Source: a virus
IMG/VR virus record: IMGVR_UViG_3300045988_104880
Reading direction: 5' to 3' (one strand)
DNA: 36,195 nt
Shown: positions 7,561-18,000 of the stretch, piece after piece
Layout of the letters: each line of letters opens with the position of its first letter
Position numbering within the stretch: the first letter of the stretch is position 1
Translations under genes and position numbers: made by a program
Notes under the pieces: model-generated
Seen by the model: the letters and a program-made list of their open reading frames with translations, nothing else
Told to the model about the DNA's origin: nothing
The model's database searches: none

Positions 7561-8964
7561 ATGACCAAGACCCCCGAGGAGTGGCTCTCCTACCTCACAG
7601 CCAAGATGGACAAGGCACGCACCAGGACAGACCTGCTGCGCTCCTACACAAACGGCACCAGTCCCCTACCGGAGATGGGGCCGAACCTGGCGAAGGCCTG
7701 GATCAAGTTCCAGCGTCGCGCGCGCACCAGCCCCGGAAAGCTCGTCGTCGCCGCGCTCGTTGACCGCCTCATCCCGAACGGCGTGACCGTCGGCGCGAGC
7801 GACAAGACGCCGGCGGCGCAGGCCGCAGCCAGGATCTGGCGAGACAACCGCCTCAAGGTCGCGTTCTCCGACGCGATCTGGGACGCCGCGACCCTCGGGC
7901 ATGGCTACCTCCTCGTCACCCAAGACGAGGACGGGCACGCCTGCGTGACCTGCGAACGCCCTGAGTACATGTATGTCGAGCCGGATCCGGTCCGGCCCTG
8001 GCGTGCGCTCGCGGCTGTGAAGGTCTGGCGAGACTCCTCAGCGGGGATCGATCATCTGGTGATGTGGACTCCCGGCAAGCGCACCTCGTTCTCGCGCTCG
8101 GCCTACAGTGACTCGAAGGCCTTGATCTCGACTGTCTCCTCTGGCTGGCGGCAGGACGAGGGCGGCGAGCAAGCGTTCGAGGGCGCGCCTCCCGTCGTCG
8201 TTCTGGAGAACCGCTTCGGCGAGGGAGAGTTCGAGAACGTCCTAGACTTGATCGACCGCATCAACTGGCAGACGCTCCAGCGGCTCGTCATCATCAGCAT
8301 GCAGGCGTTCCGTCAGCGCGCGCTCAAGAGCGCCGAAGGATCGGCGGGCCTGCCTGCTGAGGATGAGGCCGGGAACGAGATCGACTACCAGAAGGTGTTC
8401 GAGCCGTCGCCCGCCGCCCTCTGGGAGCTTCCTCCCGGAGTCGAGATCTGGGAGTCCTCGCAGACACAGATCACAGAGATCCTCAACGCGACAAAGGATG
8501 ACTGGCGCGAGCTCGCGGTCGAGACCTCGACCCCGCTCTCGATCATGCTGCCGGACTCGGCAAACCAGTCAGCCTCGGGCGCCGAGCAGCCGCAGAAGGC
8601 TCTCCTGTCCAAGGCTGAGGACAGGATCGAGCGATTCAAGCCTGCGCTGGCCTACCTCATGGTGCGCGCGCTCGCGGTCGAGGGAATCGACCTTGACGAG
8701 ACCGAAACCGTCGAGGTGCTATTCGTGCCTCCGCACGCCGTCTCCCTCACGGAGAAGTACGCCGCCGCCGTGCAGGCGCGCAACGCGGGCGAGGCGCTGG
8801 AGACGATCCAGCGGAACATCCTCGGATACTCGCCGGAACAGATCGCACAGGACAAACAGAGGCGCGCAGAAGAGCAGCTGGCTATCGCGTTCGCGCTGCA
8901 GGACAACCCCCAGCCGACCGATGAGGCGCAACCTCCGGTCACGGGGGGGATCCCGCTGAGCTGA
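7561..8964 (+). CDS. Portal protein (ORF as read; stops 13 nt after a G7 run)
   Basis: 467 aa, directly after terL, with GGAAGGAGG upstream. The N-terminus (EEWLSYLTAKMD...LLRSYTNGTSPLPEMG) is typical of SPP1-type actinophage portals. Confidence 0.85.
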   Translation: MTKTPEEWLSYLTAKMDKARTRTDLLRSYTNGTSPLPEMGPNLAKAWIKFQRRARTSPGKLVVAALVDRLIPNGVTVGASDKTPAAQAAARIWRDNRLKVAFSDAIWDAATLGHGYLLVTQDEDGHACVTCERPEYMYVEPDPVRPWRALAAVKVWRDSSAGIDHLVMWTPGKRTSFSRSAYSDSKALISTVSSGWRQDEGGEQAFEGAPPVVVLENRFGEGEFENVLDLIDRINWQTLQRLVIISMQAFRQRALKSAEGSAGLPAEDEAGNEIDYQKVFEPSPAALWELPPGVEIWESSQTQITEILNATKDDWRELAVETSTPLSIMLPDSANQSASGAEQPQKALLSKAEDRIERFKPALAYLMVRALAVEGIDLDETETVEVLFVPPHAVSLTEKYAAAVQARNAGEALETIQRNILGYSPEQIAQDKQRRAEEQLAIAFALQDNPQPTDEAQPPVTGGIPLS

Positions 8965-9122
8965 AAACAAAGTTCGACGCCCTCGGTACCGCGATCCGCG
9001 CGGGCGTCGCCCCGCAGTCAGCGGCTCAGGTCGTCGGCCTCGACGGAATCAAGTTCACCGGAGCAGTGCCAGTCGCCCTGCGTCTGCCTGAGACGCAGTC
9101 AGCAGACCTTGAGGAGAAGTGA
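8949..9122 (+). other. Portal C-terminal extension readable only in the -1 frame (57 codons, DPAELKTKFDALGTAIRAGV...LRLPETQSADLEEK, stop 9120-9122)
   Basis: The open frame starts at the G7 run 8943-8949 and ends 2 nt before ATG 9125 of the next gene. Most codons I read there end in G or C. It has no start codon of its own. Confidence 0.6.
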
Positions 9123-9124
9123 GC

Positions 9125-9934
9125 ATGACGGACCTGGACGACCTCACGAGTGTCTACAGTTCCCAGGTCCACGCTGTGCGTACACAGATCACGAAGTTCG
9201 GCGAGGCCTACTGGGACTCGATGCCGAACTACAGGGCGGGCGCCGTCGAGGAGATGATCGAGGCGCTCGTCCCCAGGGTCACTGCGGGTCAGCTCCGCAT
9301 CGCGGACCTGACCCGCGCCTACCTCGCGCGCTGCGCCCGAGAGCTCGGCTGGAAACTCGTCGTCCCGCCGCTCGATAAGACGGACATTCTCGGCGCTCGC
9401 GGCGTCGATCCGAGGACGGTGTACCGCCGCCCTGCGGTCGACGTGTATAAGGCACTGTCGGATGGGAAGCCGGTCGAGCAGGCGGTCTCTGAGGGGCGCC
9501 TGCGTTTGACTCAGCTGATCGGCGGCGATGCGCAGCTCGCGAAGGTCCACGCATCCCGACAAGTGATGCGCGCCTACCCGGACACGGGCTCGTATTACCG
9601 GCGCGTGCTCACGGGCCGCGAGAACTGCGGCCTCTGCGTCGTCGCATCGACGCAGCGCTACTACAAGGAAGATCTGCTCCCGATCCATCCGGGCTGCGAC
9701 TGCGACGTGCAGCCGCTACCGCCCGGAGCGGCAGGCCAGCAGGTCATCGACGAGGACCGCCTAGAGCAGGTCCACAAGATCGCTGCCGAACGGCTCGGCG
9801 AAGCCGACCGAGGAGGCAGAACGCCTGACTACCGGAAGCTAATCCGAGTCGAGGCACACGGGGAATACGGCGCCACTTTGACGTGGGCAGAACCGAAAGC
9901 CCCAAAGCAAAGCGGCACAGCGGATAAGGCGTAA
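9125..9934 (+). CDS. MuF-like head morphogenesis / minor capsid protein
   Basis: Its position after the portal fits. The C-terminal segment reads GRENCGLCVVAS...IHPGCDCDVQPLP. GAGGAG lies 9 nt before ATG 9125; the ORF track starts at GTG 9119. Confidence 0.7.
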   Translation: MTDLDDLTSVYSSQVHAVRTQITKFGEAYWDSMPNYRAGAVEEMIEALVPRVTAGQLRIADLTRAYLARCARELGWKLVVPPLDKTDILGARGVDPRTVYRRPAVDVYKALSDGKPVEQAVSEGRLRLTQLIGGDAQLAKVHASRQVMRAYPDTGSYYRRVLTGRENCGLCVVASTQRYYKEDLLPIHPGCDCDVQPLPPGAAGQQVIDEDRLEQVHKIAAERLGEADRGGRTPDYRKLIRVEAHGEYGATLTWAEPKAPKQSGTADKA

Positions 9935-10025
9935 CGCCTAAACGCGCCGCCGCACAATCAAGCCCCGCCAAGGCCGCAACGGCGCTCGCGGGGGAGGCTA
10001 CCCGAAACGGGAGGACTGATCGACC

Positions 10026-10607
10026 ATGAAGATTCACCTGCACGAGCGCCCGCATCTGCGATTCGTGGATGCCGCTGACACGCCTGCGGGCGGGGAAGCG
10101 GATGAGGCTCAGGTCTCGGAGGCTGCTACCGAAACGGAGCAGACAAAGGACTGGGAAGCAGAAGCGAAGAGGTGGAAGGCGCTCTCACGCCAGAACGAGG
10201 CGCGTGCGAAGGAAAACGCCGAGAAGGCGCGCCTGTTCGACGAGCACGAGGAGCAGGGCAAGACGGAGCTGCAGAAGGCGCTCGATAAGGCTGCGCAGGC
10301 TGAGGCCCGCGTGAAGGCCCTCGAAGTCCAGGCAGTACGCGCTCAGGTCGCTGCGGCAAAGGGTGTGGACGTGGACCTGCTGTCCGGCTCGACGCTGGAG
10401 GAGCTGGAAGCGTCTGCGGATCGTCTGCTGGCGTGGCGAGGAGCGCAGATCCCGAAGGGCGCCCCGGCATCCGACGCGGGGCATCGAGGTGAAGAGATCA
10501 GGTCGAGCAAGCAGCTCACACGCGAGGACCTCAAGACCATGAGTGCCGAGCAGATCAACCAGGCCCGCCGAGCGGGCCAACTCAACGACGTGATGGGTCT
10601 CGCCTGA
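10026..10607 (+). CDS. Capsid scaffolding protein
   Basis: Ala/Glu/Lys-rich coiled-coil sequence immediately upstream of the major capsid gene. Confidence 0.65.
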   Translation: MKIHLHERPHLRFVDAADTPAGGEADEAQVSEAATETEQTKDWEAEAKRWKALSRQNEARAKENAEKARLFDEHEEQGKTELQKALDKAAQAEARVKALEVQAVRAQVAAAKGVDVDLLSGSTLEELEASADRLLAWRGAQIPKGAPASDAGHRGEEIRSSKQLTREDLKTMSAEQINQARRAGQLNDVMGLA

Positions 10608-10632
10608 CGGCGATCCCGCGAAAGGAGCCACA

Positions 10633-11481
10633 ATGGCTAACACGAACTTTATCCCCGAAGTCTGGTCGGCCTCCATCCTGGAGAGCTTCCGTAACCAGGC
10701 TGTCCTGACCGGCCTGACGAACCGCGAGTACGAGGGCGCACTGACCTCCGGATCGAAGATCCACATCGCCGGCATCGTCGACGTCAAGGTCAAGGACTAC
10801 AAGACCGGCGTCCTCCCCGCCGCGTCCGGCGGCGGCAAGCAGCCGCGCACGACCGCGCCCGACACGGTCGCCGACACGGGTATCGAGCTGGTCGTCGATC
10901 AGGAGAAGTCCTTCGACTTCCTTGTCGATGACATCGACCGCGCCCAGGCGAACAAGAGCTTCGACAAGTACACCGAGTCCGCCGGTATCGGCCTCGTCGA
11001 GGACGCGGAAGCCTTCCTCACCGGACTGCTGTCCACGCAGGGCACGGCGGTGACCGGCCTGACCACACCCACTGACTGGCCGAGCGCCTACAAGATCGCG
11101 CTTGAGCTGCGCGGCAAGCTCACCGACGCGAAGGTTCCGCAGGCTGGCCGCGTCCTGCTCGTCAACGGAAAGTTCGAGAGCCTCCTGCTCTCCGACGGCT
11201 CGAAGCTCACCGCCTTCGACAAGTCCAACACGACCGAGGGCCTGCGAGAAGCGATCATCGGTCGCCTCCTCGGCTTCGACGTCGTCGTGTCCCCGTGGAT
11301 GGACAACGCAAAGCCTATGGCGATTGCGCTGCACAAGCCGTCGGTTGCCTACGTCTCTCAGATCTCCAAGGTCGAGAGCATGCGTGCAGAGAACACCTTC
11401 GCTGACCGCGTCCGTGGTCTCCACGTGTACGGCGGCAAGGTGCTGCGCCCGACCGCCGTTCAGGTCTTTAAGGGGGTCTGA
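10633..11481 (+). CDS. Major capsid protein
   Basis: N-terminus MANTNFIPEVWSASILESFRNQAVL. The 282-aa size and the position after the scaffold gene fit. Confidence 0.8.
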   Translation: MANTNFIPEVWSASILESFRNQAVLTGLTNREYEGALTSGSKIHIAGIVDVKVKDYKTGVLPAASGGGKQPRTTAPDTVADTGIELVVDQEKSFDFLVDDIDRAQANKSFDKYTESAGIGLVEDAEAFLTGLLSTQGTAVTGLTTPTDWPSAYKIALELRGKLTDAKVPQAGRVLLVNGKFESLLLSDGSKLTAFDKSNTTEGLREAIIGRLLGFDVVVSPWMDNAKPMAIALHKPSVAYVSQISKVESMRAENTFADRVRGLHVYGGKVLRPTAVQVFKGV

Positions 11482-11639
11482 TGCTGGTCCGTGGAACCAA
11501 CGGCCTTGAGATCGAGGTCGAGGATCAGGTAGCAACCGCGATGATCGCCGCCGGCATCGTCGAGGCTGTCGCAGACGGCATCGAGCCTGTCGAGGACGTC
11601 GAGGATCCGGAGCACGCTCCGGCCAAGACCAAGAAGTAG
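11481..11639 (+). CDS. Small acidic protein (52 aa), absent from the ORF track
   Basis: ATG overlaps the capsid TGA (tgATG). The frame is open to TAG 11637-11639 and fills the gap before the next gene. Confidence 0.45.
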   Translation: MLVRGTNGLEIEVEDQVATAMIAAGIVEAVADGIEPVEDVEDPEHAPAKTKK

Positions 11640-11647
11640 GAGGAGAG

Positions 11648-12229
11648 ATGACCGCCGCCCTACCGCTCGCATCCGTCTCGGACCTGGAAGCAGCACTAGG
11701 CCGCGACCTCAACGAGACGGAGAAGCATCGCGCGGAATTCATCCTCGACAAGCTCTCAGCAGCTTTCCGAGACCGAGCACGCCAGACCTTCACCGTCGAG
11801 CAGTACACGCACCGACTCAAGGTCGACGGCGGCGGTCGCATCTTCCCCACTCGGACACCGCTCCTCGCCGTCCACTCGGTGACAACAGACGACGGAACGC
11901 CGGTCACCTGGCAGCTCAGACACGGCTTCGTCCAGGTCGATATGCCAGCGTCCGGCTTCCTCGTCGTCACCTACTCCGCCGGGCTCGCCGAAGTCCCCGC
12001 CGCCGTCCGACTCCAGCTCGCCGACAGTGCGCGTCGCATCATGTCGATCGACGCCGCCGCCGCACATGGAGCAACCCAGGCAACGGACACGACCGGCCCG
12101 TTCACCCAGACCAGGCAGTACGCCAGCTGGGCAATCGGAGGCCAAGCCCTCCTATCCCCCGACGACCAGGCGCTCGCGGACTCGTTCAGGCCGCGCCGCT
12201 CGGGCCATGTGTGGGTGATGGAAGCATGA
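11648..12229 (+). CDS. Head-tail connector/adaptor protein
   Basis: Position after the capsid gene. The N-terminus LASVSDLEAALGRDLNETEKHRAEFIL is typical of head-tail adaptors. Confidence 0.6.
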   Translation: MTAALPLASVSDLEAALGRDLNETEKHRAEFILDKLSAAFRDRARQTFTVEQYTHRLKVDGGGRIFPTRTPLLAVHSVTTDDGTPVTWQLRHGFVQVDMPASGFLVVTYSAGLAEVPAAVRLQLADSARRIMSIDAAAAHGATQATDTTGPFTQTRQYASWAIGGQALLSPDDQALADSFRPRRSGHVWVMEA

Positions 12230-12564
12230 GCCGGGAGCCGATGGAAGAGTGGCGGACTCCGGTTCAGGTTGAGGGCAGCGTCCGCAGGGACGCTGACGGA
12301 TACCTGATCAAGGGGATAGGCGGGAGGCTGATCGGCGGCTGTCTCGTCGCCCCGGGGGCCTTCACGGTCCCGGGCTTGCTGACGTCGCCGACGTCGGAGC
12401 AGCCCGACGAGCAAGCGACGCTGTACGCGCCGCCGGGAACGACGCTCGCGGTCGGTGACAGGATCACAATCCCAGCTGAGCACCCGCTCGGCGGGAAATG
12501 GCAAGTCGAGTCGCCGCCGTCCCCTTGGCCGAAAGGCGTCGCCGTCACCATCAACCGGAGGTGA
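12226..12564 (+). CDS. Head closure / connector protein
   Basis: ATGA overlap at 12226 and position within the connector block. The ORF track's upstream GTG 12211 is less likely. Confidence 0.5.
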   Translation: MSREPMEEWRTPVQVEGSVRRDADGYLIKGIGGRLIGGCLVAPGAFTVPGLLTSPTSEQPDEQATLYAPPGTTLAVGDRITIPAEHPLGGKWQVESPPSPWPKGVAVTINRR

Positions 12565-12568
12565 GACC

Positions 12569-12916
12569 GTGGGGAACAACTTCCGCAGGGACTCAGCCGG
12601 AATCAAGAGCTTCCTACAAAGCGGCGCCCTCGCGCCAGGCCTACACAAGGAAGCCGAGCAGCTCAGGGCCGCAGCAGCAGCCGCCGCCCCGAGAGGCCTC
12701 ACCGACAGCCTCGCCGACTCATACAAGGCCGAAACGACTAAAGCGCCGCTCAGGCCGGGAGGTCCGGTTCGAGACGTTGGCCGCGTCTACAACGACGCAC
12801 CGCACGCGCTCGCTGTCGAGTTCGGCCACCGCTCCAGAACCGGAAAGCCGGTCCCTGGAGCGCACACTCTCCGAGCGCTACTCGGAGCCAGATCTAAACG
12901 GAGGCGATTCCGATGA
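12569..12916 (+). CDS. Tail-completion (HK97 gp10-like) protein
   Basis: GTG 12569 follows GGAGGTGA. Segment YNDAPHALAVEFGH is typical of this family. The 38-codon N-terminal extension in the ORF track overlaps the previous gene. Confidence 0.55.
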   Translation: MGNNFRRDSAGIKSFLQSGALAPGLHKEAEQLRAAAAAAAPRGLTDSLADSYKAETTKAPLRPGGPVRDVGRVYNDAPHALAVEFGHRSRTGKPVPGAHTLRALLGARSKRRRFR

Positions 12917-13305
12917 CATACACAGACGCAGTCCAGGTCATCCGGGACACGATCACCGCGGCGACCGGCATGCCGACGGCGCGCATCCTGCAGCCCGGCT
13001 TCACCGACGGGCCGCTTCCGCTCGCGCACGTCTCGCTCGTAAACGCCGACCCTGGCGAATACGACCGAGCCGACACGATCTCAATCTCCATCTATGCAAA
13101 GACCCCGGCCTCACCCGCCGAAGTCGGAGCCGCCGCGCTCGCGGACCAGATCGAGGCGGCGCTCGCCGTCCGTCCGGTCGTCGGCGCGTCCGGTTGGGTA
13201 GATGAGGCAGAGATCGACTCTCTCCTGGGCGTGCAACCTTACTTCGAGGCTGTCGAGGTCGTCCATATGACGGCAACGGTCACGCACAGGCCAATCTCAG
13301 AATGA
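12913..13305 (+). CDS. Tail terminator-like protein
   Basis: ATGA overlap. It is the last gene before the major tail protein. Confidence 0.5.
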   Translation: MTYTDAVQVIRDTITAATGMPTARILQPGFTDGPLPLAHVSLVNADPGEYDRADTISISIYAKTPASPAEVGAAALADQIEAALAVRPVVGASGWVDEAEIDSLLGVQPYFEAVEVVHMTATVTHRPISE

Positions 13306-13333
13306 CATCAACTGACATGAAGGGAAGGCTCGC

Positions 13334-13996
13334 ATGACCACCATCGAAGCCCTCAAAAAGAAGCATAACCGCACGACCAACGTGCGAAAGGGCCTGAACG
13401 CACTCGCGTTCCTGGCCCCGATGACAACGGCAGTCCCGCCGGCGATCACCGACGCTGGCGGCGCTCTCAAGGAGATCCCCGCCGACTTCATGCCCCTGGG
13501 TCTCATCACGACCGACGGCATCACCTTCTCCGCCGACGCGAAGAACGAAGAGGTCGAAGCCCTCGGATATGCGGAAGCGGTCCGGTCTGACCTGACCGGC
13601 GCGCCCAAGTCGGTGAAGCTCACGGTCCTGGAGCCTGTCCGTAAGACGATCCAGCAGCTCGTCTACGGTATCGACCTGTCGCAGACCAAGGCGTCCAAGA
13701 CCACGGGCGAGATCACCTTCGACGAGGCCGCGATTCCGGCTCTCGCTGAGTATCGTCTCCTGCTGGTCATGGCTGACGGACCTGCCGCCGACGAGTGGCT
13801 GATCGGGCGCTGCTACCCGCGAGTCAAGCTGTCCTCTCTACCGGATGAGAAGTGGGCCGCGTCGGATGCGATGCAGTTCGACCTCGAGTTCGCGGCCTTC
13901 ATGGACGAGACCGCCGGCACGTCTTGCCGCCACTACATCGGCGGTAGCGGCGCGATCCGTCATCGCGACGCAATCGGTTTTGAGCAGGCCAACTGA
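13334..13996 (+). CDS. Major tail protein
   Basis: 220 aa. It sits between the connector genes and the chaperone/tape-measure genes and is followed by a strong hairpin. Confidence 0.7.
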   Translation: MTTIEALKKKHNRTTNVRKGLNALAFLAPMTTAVPPAITDAGGALKEIPADFMPLGLITTDGITFSADAKNEEVEALGYAEAVRSDLTGAPKSVKLTVLEPVRKTIQQLVYGIDLSQTKASKTTGEITFDEAAIPALAEYRLLLVMADGPAADEWLIGRCYPRVKLSSLPDEKWAASDAMQFDLEFAAFMDETAGTSCRHYIGGSGAIRHRDAIGFEQAN

Positions 13997-14011
13997 CCTG
14001 TTCTCAGTCTC

Positions 14012-14046
14012 GGGCGGGCCGTGGTTGATCTCCCCACGGCCCGCCC
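14012..14046 (+). terminator. GC hairpin after the major tail gene (13-bp stem, 9-nt loop)
   Basis: GGGCGGGCCGTGG (14012-14024) pairs with CCACGGCCCGCCC (14034-14046). There is no clear U tract. Confidence 0.5.
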
Positions 14047-14091
14047 GTCCACACCTCACGCATGGAGATCAACACACGGATAGGACCAAAG

Positions 14092-14265
14092 ATGAAGTTC
14101 ATCAAGACTGTCAAGACCGACTCCGGCGACGAGCTCAAGCTGGAGCGCGAGACCGACTCTGCGGTCGAGCAGAACCAGCTCATCTCTCAGGGCTGGGAGG
14201 TCGTCGACGACACCAAGGGCGACGAGAAGCCGACGCTGCCCGCGCCTCCCACCTTCAACAAGTAA
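14092..14265 (+). CDS. Small hypothetical protein (57 aa)
   Basis: MKFIKTVKTD... has strongly G/C-ending codons by eye. ATG 14092 is preferred over the ORF-track start 14062. Confidence 0.5.
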   Translation: MKFIKTVKTDSGDELKLERETDSAVEQNQLISQGWEVVDDTKGDEKPTLPAPPTFNK

Positions 14266-14294
14266 TCAACCGACAGACAAATAAGGAGATCAAC

Positions 14295-14636
14295 ATGTCT
14301 GACCAGGCACAGCCCACCCTCACGTTCAACGCTCTCTCGAAGCTGGAGAAGTCCGCAGCCCCGACGCCGTTCACCTTCGGCATTGGGAACAAGGTCATCG
14401 CGTTCCCAGATCCGCTGAGCCTCACGCCCGAGGCCGCTGAGAAGTTCATGGCCGCGATGGAGTCCTCGAAGGCTCCGACGCAGATGATCCGCACCTGGCT
14501 CACCGCTGAGGATGCGGACCTGCTCCTCAGCAAGCTCAACATGAGGCAGCTCGGCATCCTGATTCGTCAGGCTTCCGAGCATTATCAGGGCATGCTGGGC
14601 GACGCGGGGGAAGGCAGCGCCTCTACGACCGACTGA
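14295..14636 (+). CDS. Tail assembly chaperone (G-like product)
   Basis: AGGAG lies 7 nt upstream of ATG 14295. The gene sits directly before the tape measure gene, and a -1 frame extension follows it. Confidence 0.75.
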   Translation: MSDQAQPTLTFNALSKLEKSAAPTPFTFGIGNKVIAFPDPLSLTPEAAEKFMAAMESSKAPTQMIRTWLTAEDADLLLSKLNMRQLGILIRQASEHYQGMLGDAGEGSASTTD

Positions 14637-15061
14637 GTCGGTACGAGAGGCAGATCGTCTCCGATCTAGCGGAGCAGGGCTGGGATGCGCCGGCCCTGTT
14701 CCGCGCCCGCCGCTGGCGCTTCCTCCTCAGGCTCATCGACGGCCTCGCGTCGACGAGCAGGACGACAGTCGCGATTCTCAACGATCCCGAGCGTTTCGAG
14801 GAGATCGCAAAGACCGTCGCAGAGACCGAAGCGACCGCCGACGATACCGAGGCGCGGATGCGTGAGCAGACGCCAGTCGTGCGGCTCTTACAGGACATCT
14901 TTGATCTGGTGTCCGCAGCTTTTGGCGGTAAAGAGCCGTACCCGCGCCCGGTCTCGGCGGTCGAGCTGGCACTCGAGGACGCGCGCACCGACCGCCTTCA
15001 TGGCTTCCGAGATGAAGCGATGAAGGCTCTCCTCCCCCACTGGGAGGACACCGAAGAATAA
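14606..15061 (+). CDS. Tail assembly chaperone -1 frameshift extension (T-like part)
   Basis: The -1 frame is open across the G stop and reads LYDRLSRYERQIVSDLAEQGWDAPALFRARRWRFLLRLIDGL..., which is typical gpT-like sequence. Candidate slip site is G GGG GAA at 14606-14612. The extension ends 20 nt before the tape measure ATG. Confidence 0.65.
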   Translation, partial: GGRQRLYDRLSRYERQIVSDLAEQGWDAPALFRARRWRFLLRLIDGLASTSRTTVAILNDPERFEEIAKTVAETEATADDTEARMREQTPVVRLLQDIFDLVSAAFGGKEPYPRPVSAVELALEDARTDRLHGFRDEAMKALLPHWEDTEE

Positions 15062-15081
15062 CTGCAGAGAGGAACCCCGGA

Positions 15082-18000
15082 ATGGCTGGAGTCTACAAGG
15101 CGGGCACACTGTACGTCGACGTCGTACCCAGCATGAAGGGCTTCTTCAAGACCGTCGAGGCAGACGCAAAGGCCCAGCTGCCCAACATCGGGCAGAACGC
15201 GGGTAAGGACTTTGCGAACGGCCTGCGCTCTGGTGTAGGTTCCAGCGGCGCCCAGGTCGCGAAGTCCATCAGTCAGCCTATCGACGCTGCCGCCACTGAG
15301 GCGAAGGCCAGCGTCGACAAGATGACGAGGAGCATGCAGGCCTCGACGGGCGGCATGCAGAAAGCTGCGGAGGGCGCGGGCCGCAGCTTCACGACGATGG
15401 GCGCCGAGGCTGGCCGCAGTCGCGGCCCTATCGAGTCGGCGACGCGCGACCTTGACGAGGCGGCGCAGGCAGCGGAGAAGGCCGCGCGGGGCACGCGCGA
15501 GGCGGGCTCAGGCTTCTCCTCTATGGCCGGCTTCGCGCAGAGCGCGATCGCGCCTCTGGCGGCAATGGCCGCAGCCGTGGGCATCGGAGGCTTCGTCTCT
15601 GAGGCTATCGCCGCCTCGGACGCCACCCAGAAATTCGCGGACACCCTCAAGTTTGCGGGGATTGACCCTGACAGGATCGAGGAGCTGGGCGCCGCAGCTC
15701 AAAAGTATGCCGACGAGACAGTCTATGACTTGTCAGACATTCAGGGCATTACGTCCCAGCTCGCAGCGAACGACGTCGAGGGCTTCGACAAGCTCGCCGA
15801 GGCGGCGGGCAACCTGAACGCTGTCGCGGGTGGCTCTGCCGAGACGTATAAGCAGGTTGGCCTGGCCCTCGTGCAGGTCAACGGAGCTGGAAAACTTGCC
15901 ACGCAAGATTGGAACCAGATCGCAAACGCGATCCCTGGTGCCAGTGGCAAGATCCAGAAGGCGCTCCTGGACGCGGGTGCCTATACAGGCAATTTCCGCG
16001 ACGCAATGGCCCAGGGCCAGATCTCGGCGCAGGAATTCAACGAGGCGCTACTGAGCCTCGGCTTCGACGAGGTCGCAGCGAACGCGGCTCGCGACACGAG
16101 CCGTATTGAGAACGCCGCCGGTAACTTGCAGGCAACCCTCATGGGCGGCTTCAAGGATCTCATCGATTACATGAAGCCCACGATCACGGACTTCATGGGC
16201 TGGCTGAGCGACATGTTCTCGAACGCCTTCGACTGGATCAGCGAGCACAAAGATCTACTGGTCGCGCTGGGTGAGGGAATCGGGATCGCAGTCGCCGCCT
16301 ACTGGGGCTTCTCGGTCCTGACGCAGGTCATCGAGTGGATTAAAAACACGACGCTCGTGCAGGAGGTGCTCAACGCTGCTATGGCAGCGAACCCGATCGG
16401 GCTTGCTGTCGTGGCTATCGGTGCCCTGATCGCTGGGCTGATCTACCTGTATAACACGAATGAGGACGTGGCGAACGCGCTCAACGCCCTCGGCGCCGGC
16501 ATTGCCGAGTTCTGGACGACCAACGTCACGCCCGTGATCGATGCCTTCGTGGGCTACACGAAGAACACGCTGGTCCCGTCTATCGAGTCGGCGTGGGGCA
16601 TCCTCACTACAGGCGATTACGACGGTAATCTGTTCGGCCTTGAGGAGGACTCGGCGCTCGTCGACTTTTTCTTCACGCTGAGGGACGCGCTCCTCGCGGT
16701 CGGCGAGATCTCCTACACGGCGTGGACGGACAAGATCAAGCCGGCCCTTGAGGCGGCGTGGGACTGGATATCGGGCACCCTGTGGCCGGGCCTCCAGAAC
16801 TTCTGGTCGACCGTACTGCAGCCCCTGTTTGAGGGGATCGGCTCGGGCCTCGCCCTCGCCTGGACCGCAATCATCCGGCCAACCCTCATGGCCCTGTGGA
16901 CCATCGTCTCCCGGGTCATCTGGCCTGTCCTGAAAACCCTCTGGGAGAACGTCGTCAAGCCCCTCTGGGAGGGCTTCGCATCCGCAGTCCAGTCAGCCTG
17001 GGCAGTCATCTACCCGGCAATGCAGGCGCTCGCGGCTTTCTTCCGTGACACGCTGATGCCCGCGCTGTGGAGCTTCTGGCAGGATGTGGTGGAGCCGGTC
17101 TGGACGAACGTGTCAACGTTCATCCTCGCTGTCTGGGACAACGTCTTGTATCCGCTGTTTGATCTGCTTGCGACGGTCGTTTCGGGAACTATCGGCATGG
17201 CCTTCGAGGGCCTGTGGACAACGGTCGTGACGGTCTGGAATGGGATCAGCTCGGCGATCCAGACGGTCTGGGGGATCCTCTCTCCGATCTTCTCTGCGAT
17301 TGGCAGCGCGATCTCCTCGACGCTCGGCCCGATATTCACGTGGCTGTATGACTCGGTCATTAAGCCTGTGTGGGATCAGATATCGTCGGCAGTACAGGTC
17401 GCATCCTCCGTACTGATCGACGTGGTTTTCCCCGCGATCAAGAACGCTATCGGCGGCATGAAGGAGAGCTTCGAGTCATTCCGCCAGTCGGTCGAGTCCG
17501 TGTTCGAGAAGGTCAAGGGCGCCGCCGCAAAGCCGATCAATTTTGTCATCACGACTGTCTATCGCGACGGCATTAAGGCGGCTTTCGATACGATCGCAGC
17601 GAAGGTCGGCCTCTCCGTGAGGCTTCCAGATGTGAAGGCTATTCCGGCCTACGCGACCGGCGGCGTTTTCTCCACCATGACCCCCGGCTACTCGCCAGGC
17701 AAGGACATCTACCATTTCTACAGTCCGGACGGTGGCGGCGCGCTTCGTCTGTCCGGCGGTGAGGGCATTATCCGGCCAGACGCGCTGCGTGCTCTCGGTG
17801 GGAAGCCTTGGCTCGACCGTGTTAATGCCTCGCGCGGCTCCGGTCTCGCGACCGTCGGAGAGACCGGACGCCGCCGCGGCGAAGTCGCTTTCGCCAGTGG
17901 TGGCATCTGGAACGCTGTGAAGGGTGGCTTCTCAGGCGCTCTGGACTGGGTCAAGGAGACTACGGAGGCGGTCGCTGAGATCGTCACCGACCCCGCCGCC

